A stretch of 63,341 nt of DNA, filler included, from Kipferlia bialata (lineage: Eukaryota): the NCBI GenBank assembly GCA_003568945.1. It is 7 parts of 6 records of this genome, joined end to end, with 100 filler letters (N's around TTAATTAATTAA, not from the genome) between each part and the next. Parts side by side here need not be neighbours in the genome. Positions count along the whole stretch, not along the records: positions 43,881 to 54,721 come from BDIP01001344.1; positions 54,822 to 58,378 come from BDIP01001390.1; positions 58,479 to 63,341 come from BDIP01001390.1; 4 more parts are not named here. One strand, given 5' to 3'. A program made the position numbers and the translations under genes. The notes under the pieces are model-generated. The model made no database searches. It saw nothing but the letters and a program-made list of their open reading frames with translations, and was not told the origin of the DNA. Of the stretch, positions 49,877 through 62,480 are shown one piece after another (positions within the stretch are counted from its first letter, which is position 1; the number at the start of each line of letters is the position of its first letter).

Positions 49877-51312
49877 ATGACCCCTATAGAGTGGACTCCT
49901 GTCAGTCTGAAGACTAGAATGTCACAGGCAGAGGCTGTATCAATTGGACACAACAGAATAGCCATAGTGGGACTTCACAGGAAAGCAGGTTGGCCAACTG
50001 CATATACACTATCAAGCAAGTAGTACTATGTAGTACATAGTTACTATGTTACTATGAGAGTACGTTTAATACGTACTACATACGGAGTTTGTGTTACTAA
50101 GATAGTTATATCATATTACTTATATGATAACCGCTACATGAATTTTCACTGAGCCATCGCAATGCATCAAATTGCCTTGTTCACATTCTCATGCATCTGA
50201 GAGAGAACCAAGATGCCAATGATCTATCACTGATAGACTATCAGTAGTGACAATTTCCTTACAGCGTTTTGCTATCTTTGTGAATCTCAACGACGCGTTT
50301 CATTATGGACTCAAGGCTATGGTTCATGTTCCATGAGCCTTGAGTCCATAATGAACCGTTCATGGTTAACACATCCACAAAAGTCTATTCACAATAGACT
50401 CTAACCCCAGAGGACGATTATGACCCCAGGCTGGCCTGTTTGATACTCACCAGGTGCAGTGATGAATCCTTCACAGAGGAAGTGATTCCCTCCCCATTCA
50501 GGGACAGTTTGGCTACAAACGGCCTCGCCTTCACAGAGAACCGACTTGTCATGCTGATGACACCTACTGTCGGTAGTAGCTCTGACACTGACGGGTTCAT
50601 TGTTACACTCGATCTGGACTCCTGTATTTGGACCTGCCCCGCTGCTACAACCATGCCCTGTACTTCTCTTGTTGGAAATGGGGTATTTGTCCTGAGTGAT
50701 GTTCTCTATATAGTCGGGAGGGAAGAGGATGAGTCCGGCACTACTGTTGTCACGTGTGGCATGGCCCATGTCACTGACATGGGTACAATGGAGTGGGACG
50801 AACAACACCTCGACGATTACCACTATTACTGTTGTACCCATGTGGGAGACACTGCATACCTACTGGACGTCAACGCTTGGGGTTCACCCGGTCTCTACTC
50901 CTTCCAGCCCTATGAAGGGGCTGTATATGAGGCACCCCTACCCTGGCTGGATATCTCTGGGGTGTCCTATTCCATCACACCGGTGGGAAGACATCTCTTT
51001 GTGACAAGGAAAGTGATTGATTTCGGGGAAAGAGCTGAGGGGGTTGGGAGAATGCCGTGCAGGCACCTCGCATACTCCCTCTCACTGGTGTCTCAAGAGT
51101 GGGCAGAGTATGATATAGAAGACATGATACACGTGACCTGGCCTGCAGGGGACATCTCGCTACCCTGTCACCTTGGTGACAACGACATATTCTTCGTTGG
51201 TCACACCCGAGATGATCTTGAAATCAGATGTGTTGTCGCAACCATCCCCCTCCCTGGGGGTGATGACTACGTGTCTGCTGGGAGATGGAACGTGATGGAC
51301 CCAGATGCATAG
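49877..51312 (+). CDS. Kelch-like family protein, tandem copy A, 2 exons (49877-49988, 50411-51312)
   Basis: MTPIEWTPVSLKTR..IGHNRIAIVGLH joins the 290-aa ORF through a phase-1 intron ending CTAACCCCAG. Paralog of copy B. Confidence 0.7.
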
Positions 51313-51625
51313 AGTGTGTAGTTACTCTACGATGGTATTATAGAGTTACTATACCATGATAGTAGTAGAGGAGTTGTTTTGGGTGAAAGGGGCCACAAGA
51401 ATAGAATAGGGTCAGTATGGCTGTTCCATGTATGGCAATTCTGAGAATTGAATTCTCTATATATCTTCACAGGGACTCGCCATTGATGGTTTCACCACTG
51501 TTGATGGAATCCATGTCACAGTATAGTGGCAACACTGAGGGCATCTTCTGGTACACTACCCCACACACAGAGAGCCCCTCTCTCCACACAAGACACACAA
51601 CCTCATAGTCACATTGATTCCCGGC

Positions 51626-52871
51626 ATGACACCCATAGAGTGGACGCCAGTCAGTCTTCAGACCAGACTGACATACGCAGAGGGGGTATCCATTGGATAC
51701 AACAGAATAGCCATAGTGGGACTTCACGTGACAACAGGTGGGAAAACTAGCGGTATATGTAGTACATATACATATAATATGTACACCCCGTGTACATGAC
51801 GCGGTATAATACATGGTCGTGTAGAAGTGGTGTACCTCAAAATGGTGGATGCACATGGACTGAGTTCATTGACAATACATTCACTCCACAATGTATAGTC
51901 TACAGTCACTGCAGACTCTACAGTGTAGACACAACACTCAATACCATCAATAGTTTATTATAGGTTATAGTCTTATCTCAGACGACGATGGTATTGATGC
52001 CGACACCAGACTAACCTGCCTGATTGTCACCAGGTGCACCGATGGATCTTTCACTGAGGAGGTGATTCCCTCTCCCTTTGTGTCTCTATTGGCTATGAAC
52101 GGCCTCACATACGCCGAAAACCGCCTTTTCATGCTTCTGGTCCCAACAGCGACTCCTTTATTTAGCACTGACCGACACATTGTTACGCTTGATCTGGACT
52201 CCTGTGTATGGACCTGCTTACCTGCTACAGCCATGCCCTGCCCTTCTGTGAGTGTAGACGGACTGTTTGTCCTGAATGATGTTTGCCACATTGTTGGTAG
52301 GGACGAAGAGGAGATAGACCCAGTCAGTCTCACATATGACATGGGGAGAATGGAGTGGGGGAGGTTCTGCATGTACGACAATCTACATGAGTGTACTACA
52401 GTGAAGGGAAACACTATATACCTTCTGAACGAGTGCGTTGATGACACACACGACCTCTACTCTTTTCAGTATGGAAGAGGTGCTATACATGAGGCTCATG
52501 CCCCCTGGGAGGGTTCAACTAGGTACCTTCTCTGTATGACATCCGTAGGTAGACACATATTTGTGTCAAGGGAATTGGCGTCTGGTTTCCGGGATGGACC
52601 GGTTGAGGAGGAAGAGAGATATCACTTTGCATACTCCTACTCTCTAGTCTCCCAGGAGTGGACAGAGCATCCTGTAGGGGACAAGACACAGACAAATATG
52701 TACACAGTGGACGTATCGTTAGCCCACCACCTAGGTGACAATGACATATTCTTCCTTGCAGACAAGTCTGATAACCCTGTCATCAAGTGTGCAGTCGCAA
52801 CCATCCCCCTCCCTGGGGGTGATGACTATGTGTCTGCTGGGAGGTGGAACGTGATGGACCCGGATGCATAG
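51626..52871 (+). CDS. Kelch-like family protein, tandem copy B, 2 exons (51626-51737, 51982-52871)
   Basis: The 112-nt first exon (MTPIEWTPVSLQTR..) has the same length and intron phase as copy A. The C-terminus VATIPLPGGDDYVSAGRWNVMDPDA is identical. Confidence 0.7.
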
Positions 52872-53706
52872 AGAATGTAGTTTTAGGTCTGTATAGACCA
52901 TCTAACCTGCTGGTTCTTCATGATGGACCCGGATGCATAGAGGGATCCATATGATTAGCCTGCGGGGAGTGGGCGCAAGTGAAGACAGAGACAGAGACAT
53001 TTCACACCTTTGGATATATAAGGGATGAAGAACCGGAGATCATCGAATATATGAAGGGGCCCTTCATTGAAGGGCGTCCTTAATACATTGTAAACTGAAC
53101 ACATATTAATACATGCTATTCATCTTATATTGAAGGTAGGCCTTCGACCCGGGTACTCTAGGAAGTTGAGTCAGCTTAGCTGACTACTGCTGGTGTCAAG
53201 AAGTACATGTACCTCATGAAGTGTCATATTCTCTCAGTAGCGCATATAGCACCTCCTGGCTACCTGACGGTATGTGACACAACCTGTGTAATAGAGATAT
53301 AGAGTCTATTACAGATTCCGTAATAGAGCCGTTCAAATATGAATCTCTCTTCCCGTTACGCAAATCCCATGGCCCTAAACACATGTTCATTTCAGCAGGT
53401 CTCAGCGTGCTGAACTCCTCCAAACAGTGGGCCTTCTCTCATTCTGAAAAGAAACAGTTCAGTTCTCCCTTCCATCACTTATGGAACCTTCGTCACTAAC
53501 ACAGGAGTAGATTGTCTATATAGTGGCTTGAGATCTGCTTTGAGGGCCACTGGGCCATATATATAGGAATAGAGATAGATGAACATGTGATCTTTCACTT
53601 AAGGGTTAACTTTGTCATCACCAAAAAAATCCGATCGGAGGACTAATCCAATGTAAGGTGTCAACGATGCTGGTTGATGTTGTTGTCTTCTCTCTTCTAC
53701 TGGCTG

Positions 53707-54289
53707 ATGGAGAGTACACTGCAGCATTCCGAGGAGGTAGAAGAGAGCGATGAAGACCATGATCCCATTAGGAATATGCAAGGTATATATTAGTATACAA
53801 GTACTCTCTTTTATGTATGTATACATAGAGCCTCTATATCAATAGTATGCCCGCCTAAAGGTCAGCAGTATCATATCTCCCCCTTCTACTGTATAATATA
53901 TCTACATACTGTATGTACCACTCTATGCCAACAATCCAGAGTTCATTGACACCACCTCTAGAGAGTCTCTAAGTGAGGAGGGCCAGCAACTGTGGGACCA
54001 TGCGAGTGCATTGCTAGAGAGATACCACGAAGTCAATGCAGGACGTCTACAGACAGAGGAGAATGTTGCGAGACTTCAAGCAGAAAGAGCGGAAATTCAG
54101 GCTCAGCAAGCTATGATCCGTGCCGAAAGGGCAGATATCATTGCAACTGTACGCAGAACTCAGGCTGACCAAGATAGGATTCTTGCAGAAATGGGAACTA
54201 TTATTGCTGACGCACGGACCCCCAAGAGACAGAGAGATAGGCCACACAGGACAGGGTTCAGGGTGAGAAAGAGGTCACGGGCTAGGTAG
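53707..54289 (+). CDS. Small coiled-coil hypothetical protein
   Basis: The terminal exon after CCTCTAG encodes heptad-like RLQAERAEIQAQQAMIRAERADII and a basic tail. A probable upstream acidic exon reads MESTLQHSEEVEESDED. Confidence 0.35.
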
Positions 54290-54721
54290 TTGTGTCTATT
54301 GTATTGATGCTCTGAGACCAGGGCAAGGTGAGAGGGAATAGATTCTTTTAGTGGTAGGACCTCACAGGGAGCTGTTGGCGAGGTGCAAGGATTCACATTA
54401 ACAGAAGTGCATACGCAGCCAGATATATTATATATATCATATATATGTAGTATCAGATATATTATATATATCATATATATGCAGTTCAGTTGTTGACATG
54501 GAGGGGGAGGGGAGGTACAGTATCGGTATGCGCACTCATGTTGCTGATATAGATGATTAAAATATATCGACAGAGATACTGAATCAGTATCATACTGATC
54601 AATTGTCGGAGGAGTGTATTGGTATGTGTATTTACACATCTATATAAGAGTGCCATCATATATATCTTTCTACCAACCCCCCCCCCCCCCCACCCCCCCC
54701 CCCCCCCCCCCCCCCCCTCAC

Positions 54722-54821
54722 NNNNNNNNNNNNNNNNNNNNNNNNNNNNNNNNNNNNNNNNNNNNTTAATTAATTAANNNNNNNNNNNNNNNNNNNNNNN
54801 NNNNNNNNNNNNNNNNNNNNN
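54722..54821. other. Artificial contig spacer
   Basis: N44-TTAATTAATTAA-N44. Confidence 0.98.
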
Positions 54822-54981
54822 ATCACTATATGTATTAATTAAAACATATTCATTTCTTACCCCTAGGCAAGATGTCGTCCCTGTGGATGGTCCTGGATAT
54901 ATACATACATATTATATATATATGTGTGCGTGTGATTGTATGTGGATATCAATATATGTTTAGATTCGTGTCTAACCCTAG

Positions 54982-57923
54982 GCAAGATGTCGTCCCTGTG
55001 GATGGTCCTGGCTGCACTGAGATGGCCATTTGTGGCCACTGTTGCCATCATGGGCATCAACTACAACATGACAGCTATCAGGTACAGTATATATACTATA
55101 TACTATGTATAATCATTTAAGGATTTATGTATATATAATATGTTTCTCTCTGTGAGTTGAGAATGTGGCCATCATGGGCATCAACTACAACATGACAGCA
55201 ACAAGGTATATTGTAGACACTGTATATTACACTCAGTGTGTTCTATATCACGTAGTTTAGTAATCCCTCACCCTCCAGTCCCATTGAGGACCCCGAGCGT
55301 GTCCTCTCTGCCGTGATAGCCAACGTGATACCCACAGGGCTCAAGGGGGTAATAGTGGCAGGTATGTAGTTACTTACACGATATGTGTAATGTATATCTA
55401 CGTGATGTCCTTATCCTTCAGTTCTGCTTGGCAGTGCCATGGGCTCCTACAATGCAGTGACCAACGGAGCAGCTGCATACTACGTGCAGGTAAGGATATT
55501 GTTTTTTTCCCTAGACATACATATGTCTAAATGAATCATACTATGTATTCTTTGTCTCTCTTCTCTCATTTCCAGGATATCTTCAGACCCTTCATCAAGC
55601 CAACTGCCAACCAGAGGGAGCTGGTGTTCCAGGTACATACAGGACTATTTTTAGAGATACAGCGTACACATTGAGTACATTCCAGGAAGATTGTATATGT
55701 ATAGTATATATATATATATATATATAAGTGTGTTTCTTTGTGTTATTGTGCACTGACCTCCAGGGTAGGCTAGCCTCTGTTGTGATTGTTCTGCTGGGTG
55801 CCATGTTTGCACGCATCAGCCAGGTGGGGCCATGGTGTATTGGGATTTCTTCTCTTTATGTATATATATATGATTATTCATATAATAATATATTCTGTTC
55901 TCACCCATCAGTATGGCAGCGTGACTGAGCTGTGGGGCTGGGTCAACATGTCGCTGGGGGCTGGCGTACTCGCACCTCTGCTAGTCAGGTATTCTTTTTT
56001 ATTCCCATATACTTTCCTGTGTATGGGTTATACATATCAAACTATTTGACACTGGGCTGGCGTACTCGCATCTCTCCTAGTCGGATGTGAGTTTTGTCTC
56101 TATTATCATTCTATTTTCTGTCCCCCTCACTTTAGATGGGTCTGGTGGCGTCTCAATGGATACGGCTTCTGTGCCGGTATCGCAGGGGGTACACTGGCAG
56201 CCATCATCCAGGTATTCTATTGTTTGTGTATATATATGTGTGATTATATGTGGCAATTGCACCACCTCTTTCCGGGGATATACCACTCTACATTCCCCTC
56301 TGACCCCTAGGGCATCTGGTTCCCCCTGATGTCTGAGTGGTGCATGTTCCTGGTTGTGACACTGGTCTCATGCATAGCAATGTTCATAGTGACACCCCTC
56401 ACCAAGCAGACAGACACATTCGTCCTGGGTACGTGAATTGACATATATATGTATATATAAATATGTGTGTGTATATATATGTGTATACTCGCATATATCT
56501 CTCTTTCCTCGGTTTCCTTTGTTTGGTCACAAGCTTTCTGTGTGGTGTTATCTGTATATCCCTCTCTCATCTCCAGTTGAGTTCTTCCAGAAGTGCCAGC
56601 CCTGGGGTCTGTGGAGCTTTGTCTACCCACTTGTAGGTATACAAAAGTACACTGTCTATATACTTAACTCGATACTCATTCGGTATATACTGTGGTATAT
56701 ACTTGGATGTATACATATGTCTCTGACCACTAGGCAAGGAGCTTGAGCACCACACCCAGAGTGAGATGAAGAGAGACCTGGTCTCTGGTAACTTTGCCTG
56801 GATCGGCCAGATTGCCTTCTACCTCGGCATACTCACACTGGCCATCCCAGGTACTCTCTCTATCTTTCTATTTCTCTCTCTCTCTCTATCAATACCATAA
56901 TTTGTCGGCATCCCAGGTGTTCTCTTTGTTACTCTCTCTCTCTCTCTCTTTATCTCATTGCCCTTCCCTCCATATCTCTTGTTCTCTCTCTTTCTCTCTG
57001 TATACTCATCCTGACCATCCCAGGCACTCTCGTTGTTACTCTCTCTCTCTATATCTATTTCTCCCTCTCATTGTAACTCTATCATGTGTATATGTCGCTC
57101 CCTCTATTTATGCGGATACTTACCCCTAAGGGAGTCCTGGTATAACGTGTAGTATATCTCATTATCTCTATCTCTCTTTGTCCCCAAGTCTCCTTGAAAT
57201 ATCTCCAATATATATACTTATCTTAGGGGAGTCGTGGTATGACGTGTACCTGTCCTTCTCAGTGGCAACGGTGTGTGCGGCAGGTAGGGATATTGACACT
57301 ATTAGTATATACATGTATATTCATATGCGTCCCTGTTAGTCTTTCTGACTTGTGGCGATGTTTGATGTATATACACCTTTAATTAATACTCTTTGCCAAC
57401 ATATATTCTACTGCACTATCCCTCAGGCCTTCTGTGGTGCAGATACACACACACATATACATGCATATATATACATTCACACCCTTATCATCAGGCCTTC
57501 TGATTGTGTGGTACAGACACACACAGACATACCCGTTCTCTCTCTCTTTCACCCATGTATATATGCACACTAACCCATCAGGCCTTCTGATTGTGTGGTA
57601 CAGACATCTACAGGACAAGGATGGGAAGGACAGGGCGAGGGAGGAGGAGAGAGACATGGAGAGACAGCTAGGTAGGGGTGAAGACATATAGTGAATTTAC
57701 ACCCCCCCCCTCCCCCCCCACACACCCATACATACATATCTATTTGTCTATTTGTATGTGTAGTGATTTTGATTATGGACTGATTGTAGGTGTCAGTCCC
57801 CGTGGTTCTCTTAAGAGACTGGATGGAGATGGTGCTGGGGAGGGAGAGAGTGACAGTGAGGGCCAGGGACAGGGAGAGAGGGCATCTCTACTCGGAGCAG
57901 AGACTAGGTCTTCACTGTACTAG
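54982..57923 (+). CDS. Sodium:solute symporter (SSS/SLC5 family), C-terminal part (multi-exon)
   Basis: DPERVLSAVIANVIPTGLKGVIVA|VLLGSAMGSYNAVTNGAAAYYVQ|DIFRPFIKP..RELVFQ|GRLASVVIVLLG..PLLVR|WVWWRLNGYG..FFQKCQPWGLW are SSS family motifs. Confidence 0.85.
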
Positions 57924-58378
57924 TACCGAGGAAATAGAACGTATCTATATGATTTGGAGTGACTTGAGTTAGGCTCAAAGTCCAAGATCCTAGGAGCCTA
58001 GCAAAATCTCTGCCTTGGTGAATGTGAAAAAGGGTTCACTTCCCTTGGGTTCCAAAAACGCTATATTGCCTATTCATGCTTCTCTGTAGGCTCAGTATGC
58101 CGCCCCCGTCAGGTATGTACACCACCAAACCTCTATTATTTGAAACCGCACGCAGTGATCATAATCCCTTTCCATTTGTTTGAAATATTTATGTGTATCT
58201 ATCCCAGTGTATGTACTTGTGCATGACTAGATATACAGACCCCATATATGTACTATATATATATATTATATATATGTTGTAGAGTACATGTGTCAGCAAC
58301 ACATCATATTTTTACTCTCTAGATATCATCTCCCCCCCCCCCCCCCCCCCCCCCCCCCTCCCCCCTCCCCCTCCCTCC

Positions 58379-58478
58379 NNNNNNNNNNNNNNNNNNNNNN
58401 NNNNNNNNNNNNNNNNNNNNNNTTAATTAATTAANNNNNNNNNNNNNNNNNNNNNNNNNNNNNNNNNNNNNNNNNNNN
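58379..58478. other. Artificial contig spacer
   Basis: N44-TTAATTAATTAA-N44. Confidence 0.98.
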
Positions 58479-58608
58479 CATATAACCACATACTTGTGCC
58501 CCCCCCCCCCCCCCCCCCCCCTATTTTGCTCTCACTGTCGCTCTCACCCTTGTCATTCATTAGTATATATAGTATGATAGTATATATAGTATCAGTCATT
58601 CACCTCAG

Positions 58609-60834
58609 GGTCCAGACACACAGAGAGAGACACTGACATACTATTGGTGCTACATACTAGTGTGCTAAGCGTCCATAGGTAGGTGTTACGTTTGTTAATT
58701 CCCCCCCCCCCCCCATTCAGTTTGTATTTCAATGAGAGTCCACCTTCGAATTGCACGTCTTTTCTCCTACATTTACACTCTCTTAAATCAAAGTGTTGTC
58801 GTATACACACCAACATCAATAAGGTATATACGTATATACATACACATGTACATATATTTTCTGCGTCACTGTTGTAATAGCAGGAGTCCTATGTACAAAG
58901 GAGGGTGGAAGGATGGGAAACGCTGCAGCTACGGCACCCAGGCATATACCAATGGGAATGTGTACGAGGGAGAGCTGATAGAGAATATACCCTCCGGTCA
59001 TGGTACCCTGACGTGTGCCGATGGCATTGTGATCGAGGGAATGTGGAAGGACGGGAAGCCCTGCGGCCGTGTCACTATGACGACTGCTGATGGCAGTGTG
59101 TACCAGGGAGAGGTGAAGGATGGGAAGGCCTGTGGCTACGGCACATATACTTGTGCTACTGGTATTGTGTACGAGGGAGAGTGGAAGGACGGGAAGTCCT
59201 GGGGCCACGGCACCCAGACTCATACCAATGGGGATGTGTACGAGGGAGGTTGGAAGGATGGCAAGCCCTGTGGGAACGGATATAGTACCCAGACGTGTGC
59301 AAATGGCGATGTGTACGAGGGAGAGGTTGAGGATGGCGAGCCCTTTGGTCAGGGTACCATGACGTCTCCCAGTGGTGACGTGTACGAGGGAGAGTGGAAG
59401 GATGGGAAACGCTGCGGCTATGGCATCCAGACTCATACCAATGGCGATGTGTACGAAGGAGAGTGGATGGATAACAAGCCCTGCGGCCACGCAACAGGTA
59501 CTTGTGCTTCAGGGGTTGTGTACGAGGTAGAGTGGAAGGATGGGAAGCCCTGCGGTCATGTCACCAAGATCCGGATGGAGATAGCTAAACCGAGCCTCTC
59601 GGATCCCCTGATTCAAGAGAACGAGGCAGAGAGTGAGGCAGAGAGTGAAATCAGGTACCTCATGTAGTATATATGGCATAGTATTTATCGCTGAATTTGT
59701 GTACCTCTCGCCCTCCTTATCGCCAGGGTGAGGGAAAACAGTACCATATTCCCCCAGACTCAGGAGTACGAGACAATGAGGGAGGCACAGAAGGGCGAGG
59801 CAGGAGTGTGCGCAGCGCTCAGAGAGGCGCACGCAGCCGAGTGTGTGAGACTAAGTGACCTAATTGCGGAAGAGAGAATGGGCAGGGAGCATGCTGAGCG
59901 CCGTGTAAAGTCCCTTACGGGGCAGTTGGAGGTGTTAAAGAGGAGGATAGAGACAATGACTGCAGAGGAGGCGGCCAGGATGGAGAGAGAACGTAGGGAA
60001 TTCGACAAGCAGGCCGCGAAGGCTGCTGCAGAGAGAAATATGAGAGAGGAGAGGGAGAGGCAAACGGTTGCTTCAGAGGAAAAGAGGCAGCGGGAGAGGA
60101 GGAAGTGGGCGGATGAGCAGACCAGAGTCAAGAAGTACAAGGCCTGTAAGGACAACTATTACAAGGCATGGCACTCCCTTAATGACTGTCATATTGACGT
60201 AATCATCAGACGCCTCTCGTGCTACTCTCACATGGTGAATCGACGACCACTAAGATCTGGATACAGTAAGTGATCTCTGTTGCATAGTCCTTTTCTCTAA
60301 TCGGCTCCCCAAGTGCTTACTTCAGTGGATTGGTGTATCCCCTTTCGCACCACTCGAGGAGATCCGGACCGCCTACAAGAGGCAGGCTCTCAAGTTGCAC
60401 CCCGGTATGATCCTCAACTGTTGTGCTAAAGCACGATTCTTCTTTTCATTCAGTATCTATAGTCTGTTTTTGATTCTGCAACCAACCGGTCACTCACGCA
60501 TATCGGAATCCTGACCGCACTGCACAGGCCAAGAAGGCGTTCCAGCGCATTCAGGTGTATACTTACTCACTTCATCACTTATGTTGCGCTCCATCGACTA
60601 TATGGCAGAGAATGGATCATCTCCCACTGCATATATAGATAGCTTGTACTTACTCACTCTCAGGCTGCAGGCGAAGTATTGCGCGATCCGGTGGAGCGCA
60701 AAGCATACCACCAGCACTGCTACATGAAGAGATTCTTTGGCAGAAGGACTACAAGTGAATGGGAGCAGGCGGCACACAAACCCAGAGGCTCAGATGCCGG
60801 CCCCCAACCCAAGGCAAAGAGAAGGCCAGCTTGA
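58609..60834 (+). CDS. MORN-repeat + coiled-coil + C-terminal DnaJ (J-domain) protein (5' truncated)
   Basis: About 10 YEGEWKDGKxxGxG repeats (58891-59570) and an E/R-rich coil precede DNYYK|WIGVSPFAPLEEIRTAYKRQALKLHP|DRNPDRTAQAKKAFQRIQ|AAGEVLRDPVERKAY..* (TGA 60832-60834). The model needs two non-canonical splice sites. Confidence 0.75.
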
Positions 60835-61373
60835 CTCTAAAACCCTAAGTCCTTATCCATATGTCTGGGGCTTATATTGGGATGCCACCCAGATTAGAAC
60901 TTTGCTTACCCACAAGTGTGCTATTTATGGTGATTCTTCCTGATTATGGTGATTATGAATCTAGGATCTGATCATAGCCAGCCGTGACTCATTTGCTGAA
61001 ATGTATAGTGTACATTCACATAGGTAATGTAACGATGGGTCGACGATTCCGAAATTGAACAGTGTGCAAATTCAACACCCCCAAATAGACCCCTGTCAAA
61101 TATCCACTAGCCGGGCTAGTGGCACTAGCCCTGACGGTGTTGTGCTACAAATATTACGGTGGATGTTACATATACGTACCAGGAGTCGTATCTGGAATTC
61201 TAATCCAGATCCGAATATGCTGAAATTTGCGACGGAAGAAATAAATGAAAAATACACTTCATTTTCAACAGCAGTAACAAAGGAACTATATTCCACTGAA
61301 TTCCCACAACCTCAGGGTAACTGCATATTCGTCCCACTGTTTCATGTAGTGCCAATCCGTCACTGACGAGTCA

Positions 61374-62480
61374 TCAGTCTGCATCTGTGAACCTCTCAAA
61401 CAGACCTGGATCCAGCTCTATCACGGACATACTAGTAGAGTGTACCACTAGCATGGTAGTCGGGTTGAGCATGCACGCAGAGTACACGGGTTCAGGAACA
61501 GGAAGGGGCTCATAGGGCACTGCATCGCTAGACACTACGTCATACATGTATACAGTGTTCTCGGAGTATCCTGCTCTGCTACCTGTCCCAAAGATGCATA
61601 TGCAAGACCCAACCTCTACCGTGCTTTGCAGTGTCCTCTCCGTCACTACTACGCTATCACTGTCGGTGTACACCACAGGATCAGACGTCACTGTGCCAGA
61701 GAGAGAGATACTCTGCGCCACTGACGTATATAGATAGGTCAATGTGTCACTGTTGGTGCAGAAGAGCCGTCTGCCCATCACATTCATCATGTCAAATTGC
61801 CTAGTGTCGATGGTGTTCTTTGCCAAGTCTCTGAATGAAGGTCAAGAGACCACATATCAGAATTGAATCCAACACACTCAGCTTGGTGATCTGCAAGAAT
61901 GCTCATGCTGCTATACCCCCCTGTCACCACTTGCGTCCCATTGAGTATCCCCACACTGAAACCCAGTAGGGGTAGCGGCCATGCCCCACCCTCCTTGTGC
62001 TCTATTGTATCCATGTCATCAGAGTCAGGATTGAATATGTGGAGCTTCAGAGGTGCGGGTATAAAGGACGTCACACCATTGGCAACTCTCTCCGAAGCCA
62101 CGTTCACTGAAGACAAGGCTAGCTTGTCACAAGACTAGCTTGTTGTGCCAGTGGCTAAACTGGGAGATTTTGTGACTCTCTGACCCTGGCAGAAGCCGCA
62201 CTCGATCAGACACCAGAAGAGTGAGGGGATCAACAGTGAATCTGGGTAAGACACCTTGTTTTCCCAATAGAATGTGCAGAAACAAACACACAGAAAGAAT
62301 GATATCTGATAGAGGTGTCATGCAAGGAATCTGGGTGTAATTGACATACCTATCTACAGCTCCCTTGCTCGTAGCAGCGAGGATGGTGTTGTGGGAGAGT
62401 GTGGCTACAGAAATGTACTTTTCATCCTGTGTGGATAGGTTGATCTGTCTACAGCTCAGGTACCAAGGCAACAGAGTCAT
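61374..62480 (-). pseudogene. Frameshifted kelch-like family paralog of 4543-5765
   Basis: It has the same WYLSCRQ exon 1 and phase-2 intron (62349-62242). Exon 2 is split over three frames by a 16-nt tandem duplication (ACAAGCTAGYCTTGT x2, about 62112-62143) and a deletion after WQR near 61820. Confidence 0.7.

Noticed and set aside
58816..59494. Long antisense ORFs over the MORN exon, and others over the kelch-like genes
   Set aside because: They are shadows of repetitive coding sequence with no independent motifs.
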